Below, one piece after another: positions 27,142-35,795 of a DNA stretch of 64,000 nucleotides. The first letter of the stretch is position 1, and each line of letters opens with the position of its first letter. The notes beneath the pieces were generated by a model that was given only the letters and a program-made list of their open reading frames with translations, did no database searches and was not told the DNA's origin. Location: assembly GCA_038227875.1 (NCBI GenBank), contig JBBRPR010000027.1:41153-105152 (forward strand), written 5' to 3'. The position numbers and the translations under genes were made by a program. This DNA comes from Planctomycetota bacterium (GTDB lineage: Bacteria > Planctomycetota > SZUA-567 > H5-PLA8).

Positions 27142-29715
27142 ATGAGGATCGCCGTCTCGTTGCTCGCAATTAGTGCGAGCGCGGCGTCGTTTTCCTGTGG
27201 TGCCGAAAAGTCGCCCAAGCCTGAAAAGCCCGAGAAACCTGACAAGAGCGACGCCGACAAGGCGGAAAAGGAAAAGGCCGACCGCGAAAGGGCGGAGAAG
27301 GATAAGCCGAAAGGTCCGCCGGAAATCCGCATGGACGCCGACGGCCATGTCGTGCTCAGTCGCGACGGCAGACTTCTGGCGGTGCTGGTGCTGCGAAAAG
27401 TGACGGCCGGCGAGCAGTCTCCGGCGGTGATGACGCCGGATGCGGCTCAGGCTCTGCTGAAAGATGCGAAACTCGCGCCGCTCAATGATGGCGAAGAAAA
27501 AGCGTGGGCTCTGGAAGTGCCACTGCCGACCGGCGACCGCAAAGACACCGTCAGCGTCATGCTCAACGCCAAGCGCGTGTCGCAAGGTACGCGCATTCTG
27601 GTCAACAGCAACGTCTACGGACTGGCGCGCGCGTATCTCGCCCCCGGGGAATCGCTGCCGAAAGCTGAAGAGCTGGAAATCGCGGTGCAGCTTTTTAAAG
27701 ACGCCGAAGGCGCGCTGCCAAATCTGGCGAACTTGAACGGAAAGCGCGGCCCGGCTCCGCCCGAGACCACGGCGCTAGTCCGGAATCGCTTCTGCGACTT
27801 CGAAGGGAAGGGCGGCTACCGCGTGAATCTGACGCGGTCGGGCCCCGCGGATTGGTCGATCCAGAAATTGCCGGATAGTATGGTGCTGCGCTCGAAACTG
27901 CGCCCCGATCCGCACGAACTCGGCGCGTTCGGTTCGTTCATCGTGTACCTGGGTGGCGGAGCCGATGAAGCGCCGCCGGAACTCTCGACACTCAAGCTGA
28001 CTCACGCCCTGACGCCGGCGCGCGATTTTATTGAAGGTTACATCCGGGTCTACGCGTCCGGCGCCAATCCGTACATTCTGTCGGAACTCGCCGTGGTCGC
28101 GGAGATCGCCTGCCCGCCCGCCACCGACGGCACCGTCTCGATCAAACGACTGCCATGCTTTTTCTGGGAAGCGCCGTCCAGTGACCCGGCGGAAGGCGAA
28201 TTCCGTTTCCGCTTCGCCGCGCCGACGGAAGACCTGTACGGCGCGCGGCTGGCCGTGATTACGAACACCGGCGAAGCGCACGCCGACGCGCTGCCGCTGC
28301 GTTCAGGCAGCCCCGCCTCGCGCGGCTTCGCACGACTGAAAGGCTCGGCGTTGAAGCTCGACGACGGTTCGCTTTTCGTGCCGGTGGGCTTCAATCTTGA
28401 TTTTCCAAACGCCACGCCCAAGCTCGACGACTACCGCACGCAATTCACCGCCATCGCCCGCGCCGGCGGCAACTGCGTGCGTATCTGGCTGACGGACCGC
28501 GGGCTCTCGCTGGAAGGCCCGAAAGCGGGCAATTTCGATCCAGACACGATGGCGCAGATCGATGCGGTGCTCCGCGCCGCGCAGGCCCGCGATATCCGCG
28601 TGATTCTCACACTCGAAAGCGGCACGCGCCTGGGCAAGCGCTCCGATCAGCATCCGTACTTTCACGAACTCGGCGGACCGCTGCTGGCTGCGCCCGAGTT
28701 CTTCCGTGACGTGCCCGCGCGCAAGCTCTTCCAGGCGCGGCTGACCTACGCCGCCGCGCGCTTTGGCGCCTTCCGCTCGGTGCTTGCGTGGGAATTGATG
28801 GACGACATCGATCAGGCCTGGGCGGCGCTGCGCAACAATCCCGAAAACGTGAAACTCTCCGCCAGCGAAATGGATCTCGCCCGCCGCGCGCGCCGCGATG
28901 TTCAGGACTGGGTCGAAGAGATGGCGCTGCATTTAAAAGGGATGGATCAGTTCGAACATCCCGTCGGCGTCTCGACGCGCACTTCACCCGACGCGCCGTG
29001 GAAGGCGCTGGAATCGCTGGAGCATCTCGATTTCACCAGCACCGAAGGCCTGACCTTCAACGCCGACGAAAAGCGCGACGGCGACGAGGCCGCGCGGCTT
29101 TACGCGTGGGCAGCCGCCGCCAAGGAACCGGGTCGCGGGCACAAGGGATACTTCGTCGGCTCGCTGCTCGACCGGACCACGAAAGCCGGCGAGAACGCCG
29201 CGCTGCTGGAACACAACGCGATCTTCGCCAGCCTCGCCTGCGGGCATTTGCTCGTGCCGCTGCTCGATGACAACTTGATCAAACCCGCGGCTGAAAATCC
29301 GTCCGATGTGCTCGCCGCCACGGAATTCGCGGCCGGACTTTCCGAAATTCAGCGCGGCACTCAGAAGGAGCCGCCGCGCGATATCGTCAGCGCCGCCGAT
29401 GCCGCGGACGGCGCGCATCTGCGCATCGCCGGACGCGTGGCGCGCCGTGGCCTGGCCGTGTGGATTCAGGACGCGCGTTCGACCTGGGTCGAGGGTGCCG
29501 AGAGTCCGGAAGTGGCGGAGACCGAAGTGCGCCTGCCCGCGCTGTCGGAAGGTTCGTACGGCGTCTACTGGCTCGACACGCGAACCGGCGCGTACATTTC
29601 CAGCGCGACGTACGCCGCGCCGGCCAAGCAGATCGACCAGGCGGCGCAGCCGTTCGTGATCAAGACGCCGCGCTTCAAGCGCGACATCGCACTGATCGTG
29701 ACGTTGAAGCCGTAA
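27142..29715 (+). CDS. Secreted large protein with a TIM-barrel glycoside-hydrolase-like region (GH5-like) but a non-canonical motif
   Basis: It has a signal/lipobox-like N-terminus and a KE-rich linker. GGNCVRIWL...VILTLE...LAWELMDDID resembles the clan GH-A beta4 region, but MDD replaces NEP. The ORF track uses GTG at 27121. Confidence 0.45.
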   Translation: MRIAVSLLAISASAASFSCGAEKSPKPEKPEKPDKSDADKAEKEKADRERAEKDKPKGPPEIRMDADGHVVLSRDGRLLAVLVLRKVTAGEQSPAVMTPDAAQALLKDAKLAPLNDGEEKAWALEVPLPTGDRKDTVSVMLNAKRVSQGTRILVNSNVYGLARAYLAPGESLPKAEELEIAVQLFKDAEGALPNLANLNGKRGPAPPETTALVRNRFCDFEGKGGYRVNLTRSGPADWSIQKLPDSMVLRSKLRPDPHELGAFGSFIVYLGGGADEAPPELSTLKLTHALTPARDFIEGYIRVYASGANPYILSELAVVAEIACPPATDGTVSIKRLPCFFWEAPSSDPAEGEFRFRFAAPTEDLYGARLAVITNTGEAHADALPLRSGSPASRGFARLKGSALKLDDGSLFVPVGFNLDFPNATPKLDDYRTQFTAIARAGGNCVRIWLTDRGLSLEGPKAGNFDPDTMAQIDAVLRAAQARDIRVILTLESGTRLGKRSDQHPYFHELGGPLLAAPEFFRDVPARKLFQARLTYAAARFGAFRSVLAWELMDDIDQAWAALRNNPENVKLSASEMDLARRARRDVQDWVEEMALHLKGMDQFEHPVGVSTRTSPDAPWKALESLEHLDFTSTEGLTFNADEKRDGDEAARLYAWAAAAKEPGRGHKGYFVGSLLDRTTKAGENAALLEHNAIFASLACGHLLVPLLDDNLIKPAAENPSDVLAATEFAAGLSEIQRGTQKEPPRDIVSAADAADGAHLRIAGRVARRGLAVWIQDARSTWVEGAESPEVAETEVRLPALSEGSYGVYWLDTRTGAYISSATYAAPAKQIDQAAQPFVIKTPRFKRDIALIVTLKP

Positions 29716-29717
29716 GT

Positions 29718-31994
29718 TCAGCGCTCATTGCGTTCGGAGAACGAACTCTCCGGATCGCCGCAGTAGTCGACGTGCTTCAGGAATTTTCCATCACCGATTT
29801 TCTTCCCGGCTTTCTTCGTGACAAACAGCCGCACGACCGCGCAATTTTTGTAGCCTTCCAGCGGCACGTAGATCATCGTGCCGTCGAACTTGAATTTTAC
29901 CGTGCGCATCTTTTTGTCGCCGGGCGTCATCACGCCGGCTTTCGTGACATCGTGTCCGCGTGCGACGCGGAAGACGGCGTACGGCGTCTTCTTGTACGCG
30001 ATCTTGTCGTCCTCGCCGCCGAGGTCCGAGATGATTCCCGCCACGTAGTCGTCGCCAATGGTAAACAAACGTCCCCGTGAAAAATTCGGCGCGCGCAGGG
30101 GATCGGGCTCGAAACACAGCACGCGGCGGCGGAAATGTTCGTACAACGGCAGATAGCGCTGGAAGAGCGCCTTATTCTGCGCGTAGGACTTTTTCGGATC
30201 GGCGTCGTACTTCGGAAAGCTGCCCGCGTACACGGCGCGGCGCAGATTTTCGTCGATGGGCTTGGCATTGCTCGTCCACATGAAGAACAGCGGCTTGGCA
30301 ATGCACGCCCAGAAAAACTTCTCTTCGTGGATGTTGCCGTCGCCTTCCAGCAGCACGCCGTCGGAAAAGCGCATCGAGCGGATCGACTGCGGTTTGTTGG
30401 CGAACGTCGCGCGCGTTTTCTTCGTGATATTCTTGCGGATAAACGCTTCGATGTCGTCGTATGAAAAGTTCATGCTGTAAGCGGGCTTGTGATTCACGAC
30501 CGTGATCCCGTCGTCGTGGGCAAAGTCGATTTCGAAGTGCCGGAAACAATCGAGGAAGAAGCCGTTGAGCATCGGGTAGGTTTTGAAAATCTTGTACGCG
30601 CTGTCGATCATGAATTTTCCGAACGAGTACTTCGGATCGGCATTCATATTGTGGCTCATGTGCCAGCCGCTGGGTTGATACGAGCCGTCTTCGTTGCGCG
30701 CGATGGAGTCGGGAAATTTCGGCTCGACATTGGCGCGGAATCCGTCGGTGTAATTGAAGTACCAGTAAAGCCCGATCCCCGCCTTCGCCAGCTTGGCCAG
30801 CCGCGCTTTAACATCGGAGCGTTTGTGGCGCACGCGGCCGATGGCAATACCCAGGTCCGCGGCGATCTGTTCGTCGGTGTGCGTGTCGAAGTATTTCTGG
30901 ATCTGGTACGCGTCGGCCTTCTTTCCCAGCTTGTGAAAATAACCTTCTTTGGTTTCCAGCGAGATCCAACTGTCCTTGCCGTCCTGAAAGTAATCGCTGT
31001 AGTGTTCGAAATGTCCGTGAACTTCCAGTGTCTTGATGCCGAAATCCTTGCAGCGCTGAATTTCGTCGGAGGTATGAATGCCTTCGCAGGTGAATGTGCC
31101 TTCATATTTGTAGATCGTGTCGGAATTCGGCACGAAGAACTCTTTCCACTTCTTGAAAACCTTGCCCACGCCGGGCCGCCAATCACCCTCGTGGAACATC
31201 AACATCACCTTGGTGTTCATCGGGCGGTCGGCGACCAGGCCGATGTAATAATTCACCGCTTCAAGCACCGGCACGGAACGGATGTCCTTGGTCATCGAGC
31301 CCCAGTTGAAACACTTTTCGCCATTGGCGAACTGGAACTTCGCGGCCGGCACTTTCGCGTCGATTGGCTCCATCATCGAGAAGCCCACGTCAAGCTGCGG
31401 GTTGTAGTGCGAGACCATCGGCAGCAGCATTTCCTTGTTCGAAACGTACGGCAGCTGCACGTACATGTACTCGAAGGAACTCATGCCATCGAACGTGAAC
31501 TGTGCGTCGAATGCCGGCGCCCAGAAATCCCAGCCGGCAATCAGCGGCAGGAAAAAATAGACGCGCAGCGAGCGGTCGGAAACGTTGGTGCCGTTCTTCA
31601 CCGCGCCGACTTCCCAATGGAGCGCGTCGGCTTCGAGATTCAGCGTGATCGTGAGCGTGAAGGGCGCTTCGGAGAATTGCTTGGTGAAGCTAACGGAGTT
31701 GCCGTTCTGCTTCGCGTTCGAAACGGTGAAGGAATCGTTGAGGTCGCTGTACCAGCGCTCATCGCGTTCGTCGTAAATGCGCAGGCCGCCGATGTAGCCG
31801 GGCAGATTCTGGCGGACTTGCTTAAAGAGGTCGACGTTCTTCGCCTTAAACAACAGCGAGCGGATGTGGCCGGTGTCCTTTTCGATGTCGAGCGAGACGT
31901 CTTTGTTTTCGATTTTCCAAAGTGCGATGCTGTCGAGCGGTCGAAGGCTGATGGCGGGCACGAAGGTTCTCCTGAAGGCCGAAAAAATTCGCAA
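29718..31994 (-). CDS. Large hypothetical protein (758 aa), possibly a carbohydrate-active enzyme. It contains an internal sigma70 region-4-like HTH segment.
   Basis: Long ORF with consistent codon usage. Residues around 370-400, TDEQIAADLGIAIGRVRHKRSDVKARL, closely resemble sigma-70 region 4.2. Confidence 0.5.
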   Translation of the reverse strand: MRIFSAFRRTFVPAISLRPLDSIALWKIENKDVSLDIEKDTGHIRSLLFKAKNVDLFKQVRQNLPGYIGGLRIYDERDERWYSDLNDSFTVSNAKQNGNSVSFTKQFSEAPFTLTITLNLEADALHWEVGAVKNGTNVSDRSLRVYFFLPLIAGWDFWAPAFDAQFTFDGMSSFEYMYVQLPYVSNKEMLLPMVSHYNPQLDVGFSMMEPIDAKVPAAKFQFANGEKCFNWGSMTKDIRSVPVLEAVNYYIGLVADRPMNTKVMLMFHEGDWRPGVGKVFKKWKEFFVPNSDTIYKYEGTFTCEGIHTSDEIQRCKDFGIKTLEVHGHFEHYSDYFQDGKDSWISLETKEGYFHKLGKKADAYQIQKYFDTHTDEQIAADLGIAIGRVRHKRSDVKARLAKLAKAGIGLYWYFNYTDGFRANVEPKFPDSIARNEDGSYQPSGWHMSHNMNADPKYSFGKFMIDSAYKIFKTYPMLNGFFLDCFRHFEIDFAHDDGITVVNHKPAYSMNFSYDDIEAFIRKNITKKTRATFANKPQSIRSMRFSDGVLLEGDGNIHEEKFFWACIAKPLFFMWTSNAKPIDENLRRAVYAGSFPKYDADPKKSYAQNKALFQRYLPLYEHFRRRVLCFEPDPLRAPNFSRGRLFTIGDDYVAGIISDLGGEDDKIAYKKTPYAVFRVARGHDVTKAGVMTPGDKKMRTVKFKFDGTMIYVPLEGYKNCAVVRLFVTKKAGKKIGDGKFLKHVDYCGDPESSFSERNER

Positions 31995-32075
31995 TCAAAT
32001 GTGGTAGCAAGTACAATTTACCTCATCGCAGCGGGGAACGCAAATTTTCGCCATAACTCGAACGAGGACCTTGAG

Positions 32076-33083
32076 ATGACGGGTGAAACCGGAGCGCTCG
32101 AACGGAACGCGTGCCTGCTGGCGACGGCACAGAGCAAAGTCGGGTGTAGCGAACGCCCGCTGGAAGCGCTGCCGTCGGATAAAATTCGCGTCAAAGTCGA
32201 AGTCTCGATGGTCAGCACCGGCACGGAGCTGTATCACATCCAGCAGACGCACACAAAGTCGTCGAGCTTTCCGCGCTCCACCGGTTACATCTCGGTGGGA
32301 AGGATCGTCGGCATCGGCTCCAGTGTTACAAATGCCACACTCGGCCAGCGCGTGCTGGTGCAGCAGGGGCATTTCGCGTTTCACAACGCCGATCCAAAAC
32401 AGGTGAAAGCCGTGCCGGAAGGCGTGAGCCCCGAAGACGCATGCGCGGCGATACTGCTGGGAATTTCCCTGCGCGGCATCCGCGGCGGCCAGGTGCGGCT
32501 GGGCGATTCGGTGGGCGTTTTCGGCCTCGGCGTGATCGGCCAGTTCGCGGTCCATCTGGCGAAGATTTCCGGCGCGTATCCGGTGATCGCCGTCGATCCC
32601 GTCGCGAAACGCCGCGACATCGCCGCAAAAATGGGGGCGGACGTGACGCTCGATCCCTTGCAGCCCGGCTTCGCCGCCGCGTACCGCGCCGCGACGTCCG
32701 GCGAAGGCACGCGCGTTTCCATCGACGCCAGTGGCACGCCGCGCGTCATCGCCTCACTGCCGGACGTGACGGCGGAATACGGACGCGTCGTGGTCCTCGG
32801 CGGCGTGCATGGACTCGTCGAGTTCGATCTCTACACGCGTTTTCAGAAAAGCAACCTGACCATGGTCGGCTGCGGCTCCGCGTACCCCACGGATTTCCCC
32901 CACGACGCCGAACGTAACGAAACGACACTGCTGCAGATGATGAAGGCCGGAATCGTCCGCCCGCGCCCGGTGCTCACGCATTTCGTGCCGTGGCGCGAGG
33001 GGCCGGAAATGTACCGCCTGCTGATGGAGGAGAAGGACAAGGCGATTGGCGTCGCGTTCGATTGGTCGGCGCAGGACAGTTGA
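32076..33083 (+). CDS. Zinc-type medium-chain dehydrogenase/reductase (sorbitol/threonine dehydrogenase-like)
   Basis: GroES-like N-terminus followed by a Rossmann motif VGVFGLGVIGQFAV. The ORF track fuses it to an antisense ORF starting at 30489. The first Met with a plausible RBS is at 32076. Confidence 0.7.
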   Translation: MTGETGALERNACLLATAQSKVGCSERPLEALPSDKIRVKVEVSMVSTGTELYHIQQTHTKSSSFPRSTGYISVGRIVGIGSSVTNATLGQRVLVQQGHFAFHNADPKQVKAVPEGVSPEDACAAILLGISLRGIRGGQVRLGDSVGVFGLGVIGQFAVHLAKISGAYPVIAVDPVAKRRDIAAKMGADVTLDPLQPGFAAAYRAATSGEGTRVSIDASGTPRVIASLPDVTAEYGRVVVLGGVHGLVEFDLYTRFQKSNLTMVGCGSAYPTDFPHDAERNETTLLQMMKAGIVRPRPVLTHFVPWREGPEMYRLLMEEKDKAIGVAFDWSAQDS

Positions 33084-33114
33084 CAGGCCTGCAGCGCTGA
33101 ACTACAGACGAGTC

Positions 33115-34005
33115 ATGGCCCACCTCGTCCCGTGCTTGCTGCTGCCCGAAGGAACTCCCACGTTCAGCAATTCCATGGGCCGCTATGTCACCGCGCCCGG
33201 GGAACTGCCGGTCCAGTTGCTCCATCACGACTACGATATTTTCTGGGTGCAGTCCGGCGAAGCGGAATGGAAATTCCGTGACGGAACGTTCATCCGCGCC
33301 ACGAAAGACCAGTTTATGGTGCTGCCGCCGTACGTGCCGGTATGGGTCAACGAAATCCAGCCGCCGATGACGTTCTGGTATTGCCACTTCGCCTTCCGCC
33401 CACTGCCCGAACGCCTGCCGCCGCAGCGGCACCCGGATTTCGCCGGGCCGGGAAAGCAGGCCAGCGTGCCGATGTTCTTTACGCGCAAGGACGCGCCGAA
33501 AGTCCACCGCGCCTACCGCGACGCGACGGAATTGAGATTCGACCCGCTGCGCGAACCGTGGCAGCTGGAACGCGCGATCATCACGCTGATCGCGGAACTC
33601 GCCAAGTTTGCGCTGAGCCTCAAAGCCGAATCGCCGTCAGCGCCGTCGCGCTTCGAAACCGAGCCGCTCGACGCGCGCGTCGCAGAATTGCGCCGCATCA
33701 TCGACGAGAACCCGACACGCTCGTGGCTGGTGACGGAACTGGCCGCCACCGCGGGCATCACGCCGGGTCATCTTCACGCGCTCTGCCGGCGCGTGCTGGG
33801 CAAACCGATCAAGCGCTACCTGATCGAAGCCCGCCTGCGCCACGCCATGAAGCTGCTGAAAGAAAAGCGCAACGGCGAACTGCCATCCGTTTACGACGTG
33901 AGCGAAGCGTGCGGCTTCTCATCGCAGCACTTTTTCAGCCGCCAGTTCAAGGCGTATTTCAACATGACGCCGCTGGCGTTCCGGAACGGCAGCACGCTCT
34001 CGTAG
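33115..34005 (+). CDS. AraC family transcriptional regulator (cupin sensor plus AraC HTH)
   Basis: C-terminus LVTELAATAGITPGHLHALCRRVLGKPIKRYLIEARLRHAMKLL...GFSSQHFFSRQFKAYFNMTPLAFR is a canonical AraC-type HTH pair. Confidence 0.8.
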   Translation: MAHLVPCLLLPEGTPTFSNSMGRYVTAPGELPVQLLHHDYDIFWVQSGEAEWKFRDGTFIRATKDQFMVLPPYVPVWVNEIQPPMTFWYCHFAFRPLPERLPPQRHPDFAGPGKQASVPMFFTRKDAPKVHRAYRDATELRFDPLREPWQLERAIITLIAELAKFALSLKAESPSAPSRFETEPLDARVAELRRIIDENPTRSWLVTELAATAGITPGHLHALCRRVLGKPIKRYLIEARLRHAMKLLKEKRNGELPSVYDVSEACGFSSQHFFSRQFKAYFNMTPLAFRNGSTLS

Positions 34006-34036
34006 CGTCGATCGAATTAAATCTTCGGCACTGCAA

Positions 34037-35032
34037 TCAGCAGTGCGCCGCCGAGGGTGTATGCCGCCAGCACGACCAGAAGCACGCGCGGTCGATTTTC
34101 TGCGACAACTCCACTTTGCCCGCGACAAACAACCGCAGCGAGACGATGGAGACGCAGACCGAGACGAAAATCGCCGAGAGCGCCAGCACGAAGAACATGT
34201 CGGCGGTGGTCATGCCCGTGTCCTTGGGCAGCGCGTTGGAGATGACGTACGCGTTGGCCATCGCCGCGAAGAGCGCGCCGGTGCCCAGGCCGAAACGCGG
34301 GCCGTCGGTGGGCTTCAGAAACATCGGGACCAGCGCGATCAACATGGCGATCAACAGGCCCCAGCAGAGCTTGAAAAAGTAACCGTAGCCGGCGCGTTCG
34401 GCGTGAATGTTGACGCAGAAGCGCGACCAGACCGATTTGCTGCCCGAGGGGAGCGAGGTGTCGCCGTAATTTGAATTGTACTGATGCTCTTTGACTTCAT
34501 AGGTCGTGTTGGTGATCTGCCAACCCGGCAGCCGGACGCTCGGATCGATCGCGCAGTTTTCCGTGTCGGGCAGAAAGATGAGCGTGCCGACGTCGTTCTC
34601 GTTGTCTTCAAATTCCAGTGCCAGGTTCTGCTTGTCGAACGGAAAGTTGCGCAGATCCCAATGCTCCTGGAACGTGGCCGTCACACGGCACGAGGCGTAA
34701 TTCCAGTCGCCGATTTTCTTCTCGACGACGCCGTCTTTCTTATTGATGCGGCCGTTGGCCGTTTGAAACGTGGTGAGCGGCTTCAGCGCGCCCTTCCAGC
34801 GGAACCAGATGTAAACATCCGCGTCGAATTTGTAGTCGGCCAGGCTCACGCCGAAGATGTCGTTGATGTACACGCCGACGTAAACTTTCTGCGCTTCGGC
34901 TGGGACAGCGGGCGCGGCGGGTTCAGCGGGTTTTGGCGGCGTCGCTTTTTCTTCTGCCGCGAAGGTGGAGCTGAAAAGGAGTGTGCCGAAAATCAAGGCT
35001 GCCACGAACTGTCGCGGTGTGGAAATGCTCAA
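34037..35032 (-). CDS. Prokaryotic pentameric ligand-gated ion channel (Cys-loop receptor) homologue, apparently lacking the M4 helix
   Basis: Signal peptide. The ligand-binding domain has YVGVYINDIFGVSLADYKFDADVYIWFRW and the hallmark Cys-loop region RNFPFDKQNLAL. M1 (YFFKLCWGLLIAMLIALVPMFL), M2 (GLGTGALFAAMANAYVISNALPKD) and M3 follow. Only about 30 residues follow M3 and there is no room for M4 before the convergent araC-like gene. Confidence 0.7.
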   Translation of the reverse strand: MSISTPRQFVAALIFGTLLFSSTFAAEEKATPPKPAEPAAPAVPAEAQKVYVGVYINDIFGVSLADYKFDADVYIWFRWKGALKPLTTFQTANGRINKKDGVVEKKIGDWNYASCRVTATFQEHWDLRNFPFDKQNLALEFEDNENDVGTLIFLPDTENCAIDPSVRLPGWQITNTTYEVKEHQYNSNYGDTSLPSGSKSVWSRFCVNIHAERAGYGYFFKLCWGLLIAMLIALVPMFLKPTDGPRFGLGTGALFAAMANAYVISNALPKDTGMTTADMFFVLALSAIFVSVCVSIVSLRLFVAGKVELSQKIDRACFWSCWRHTPSAAHC

Positions 35033-35378
35033 AGCGTGCTCCTTGCCAGAGTCGGAAAGCGAATGATGTTTGGACGCGCTGATTTATCACAAACAACGGC
35101 GGGAAGGGCATTAAGAATCGCTAAAATCGTCGCACGAGTGCAGGGGAATTTCCTCGCGGGAACAAAGCCTGGTTTTAACCGTCGCAAATTTGAGAATTGG
35201 TTAGGAGCCAGCACTTTTAAATCGGAATTTCAATCCGCGGGCAAATTGAACCCGACTTCGAGCAATTTGCTCCGCGCCGCCTGCGAATTGACACGGTTGG
35301 ATTTCTTTCTGACAGGTCGAAATGTTTTCATCTCGACTGATAATCCCTCAGCAGAAACCAATGTTGCTGGGAGGCACC

Positions 35379-35783
35379 ATGATCATGACCACCGCAGAAA
35401 AGTTACTCGGACTCACTCGAACGGACAAACCGACCGTGATGATGGTCGACGACGAAGAACTCTTGACGGACATGGTTTCCGAATCGTTGAGCGGACACGG
35501 TTACTCAACCGTCACGTTCAACCACAGCGCATCGGCGATCCAGTTTTACGAAAGCGAATTCCAGCACGTCGACCTGGTCATTCTCGACATGATGATGCCG
35601 AACATCGGCGGCAAGGCCACGTTCGCGGCGCTGAAGCGGATCAATCCCCATGTTAAAGTGCTGCTTTCGTCCGGGTATTTCGCCGGTTCGGAAACAGAAG
35701 AGTTGCTGGCCGCCGGCGCGGTGGGATTTCTGCAAAAGCCGTTCAAGTTGTCGGACTTGGTGCTGCGGATCGCGGAACTCTAA
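35379..35783 (+). CDS. Stand-alone response-regulator receiver domain protein (CheY-like)
   Basis: MMVDDEELLTDM...VDLVILDMMMPNIGG...KVLLSSGY...K shows the D-D-K receiver signature. GGAGG sits 5 nt upstream of the ATG at 35379. The ORF track starts at 35322. Confidence 0.75.
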   Translation: MIMTTAEKLLGLTRTDKPTVMMVDDEELLTDMVSESLSGHGYSTVTFNHSASAIQFYESEFQHVDLVILDMMMPNIGGKATFAALKRINPHVKVLLSSGYFAGSETEELLAAGAVGFLQKPFKLSDLVLRIAEL

Positions 35784-35795
35784 ACGCATTCGGGA

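Noticed and set aside
29718-31994. Horizontally acquired island around the Lys-rich 758-aa gene
   Set aside because: GC is only modestly lower (about 57%). There are no flanking repeats, tRNA or integrase, which is insufficient to call an island.
30489-32075. 5' two-thirds of the 864-aa plus-strand ORF 30489..33083
   Set aside because: Only the last 335 residues (from Met at 32076) show dehydrogenase homology. The upstream part lies opposite the strand of the 29718..31994 gene.
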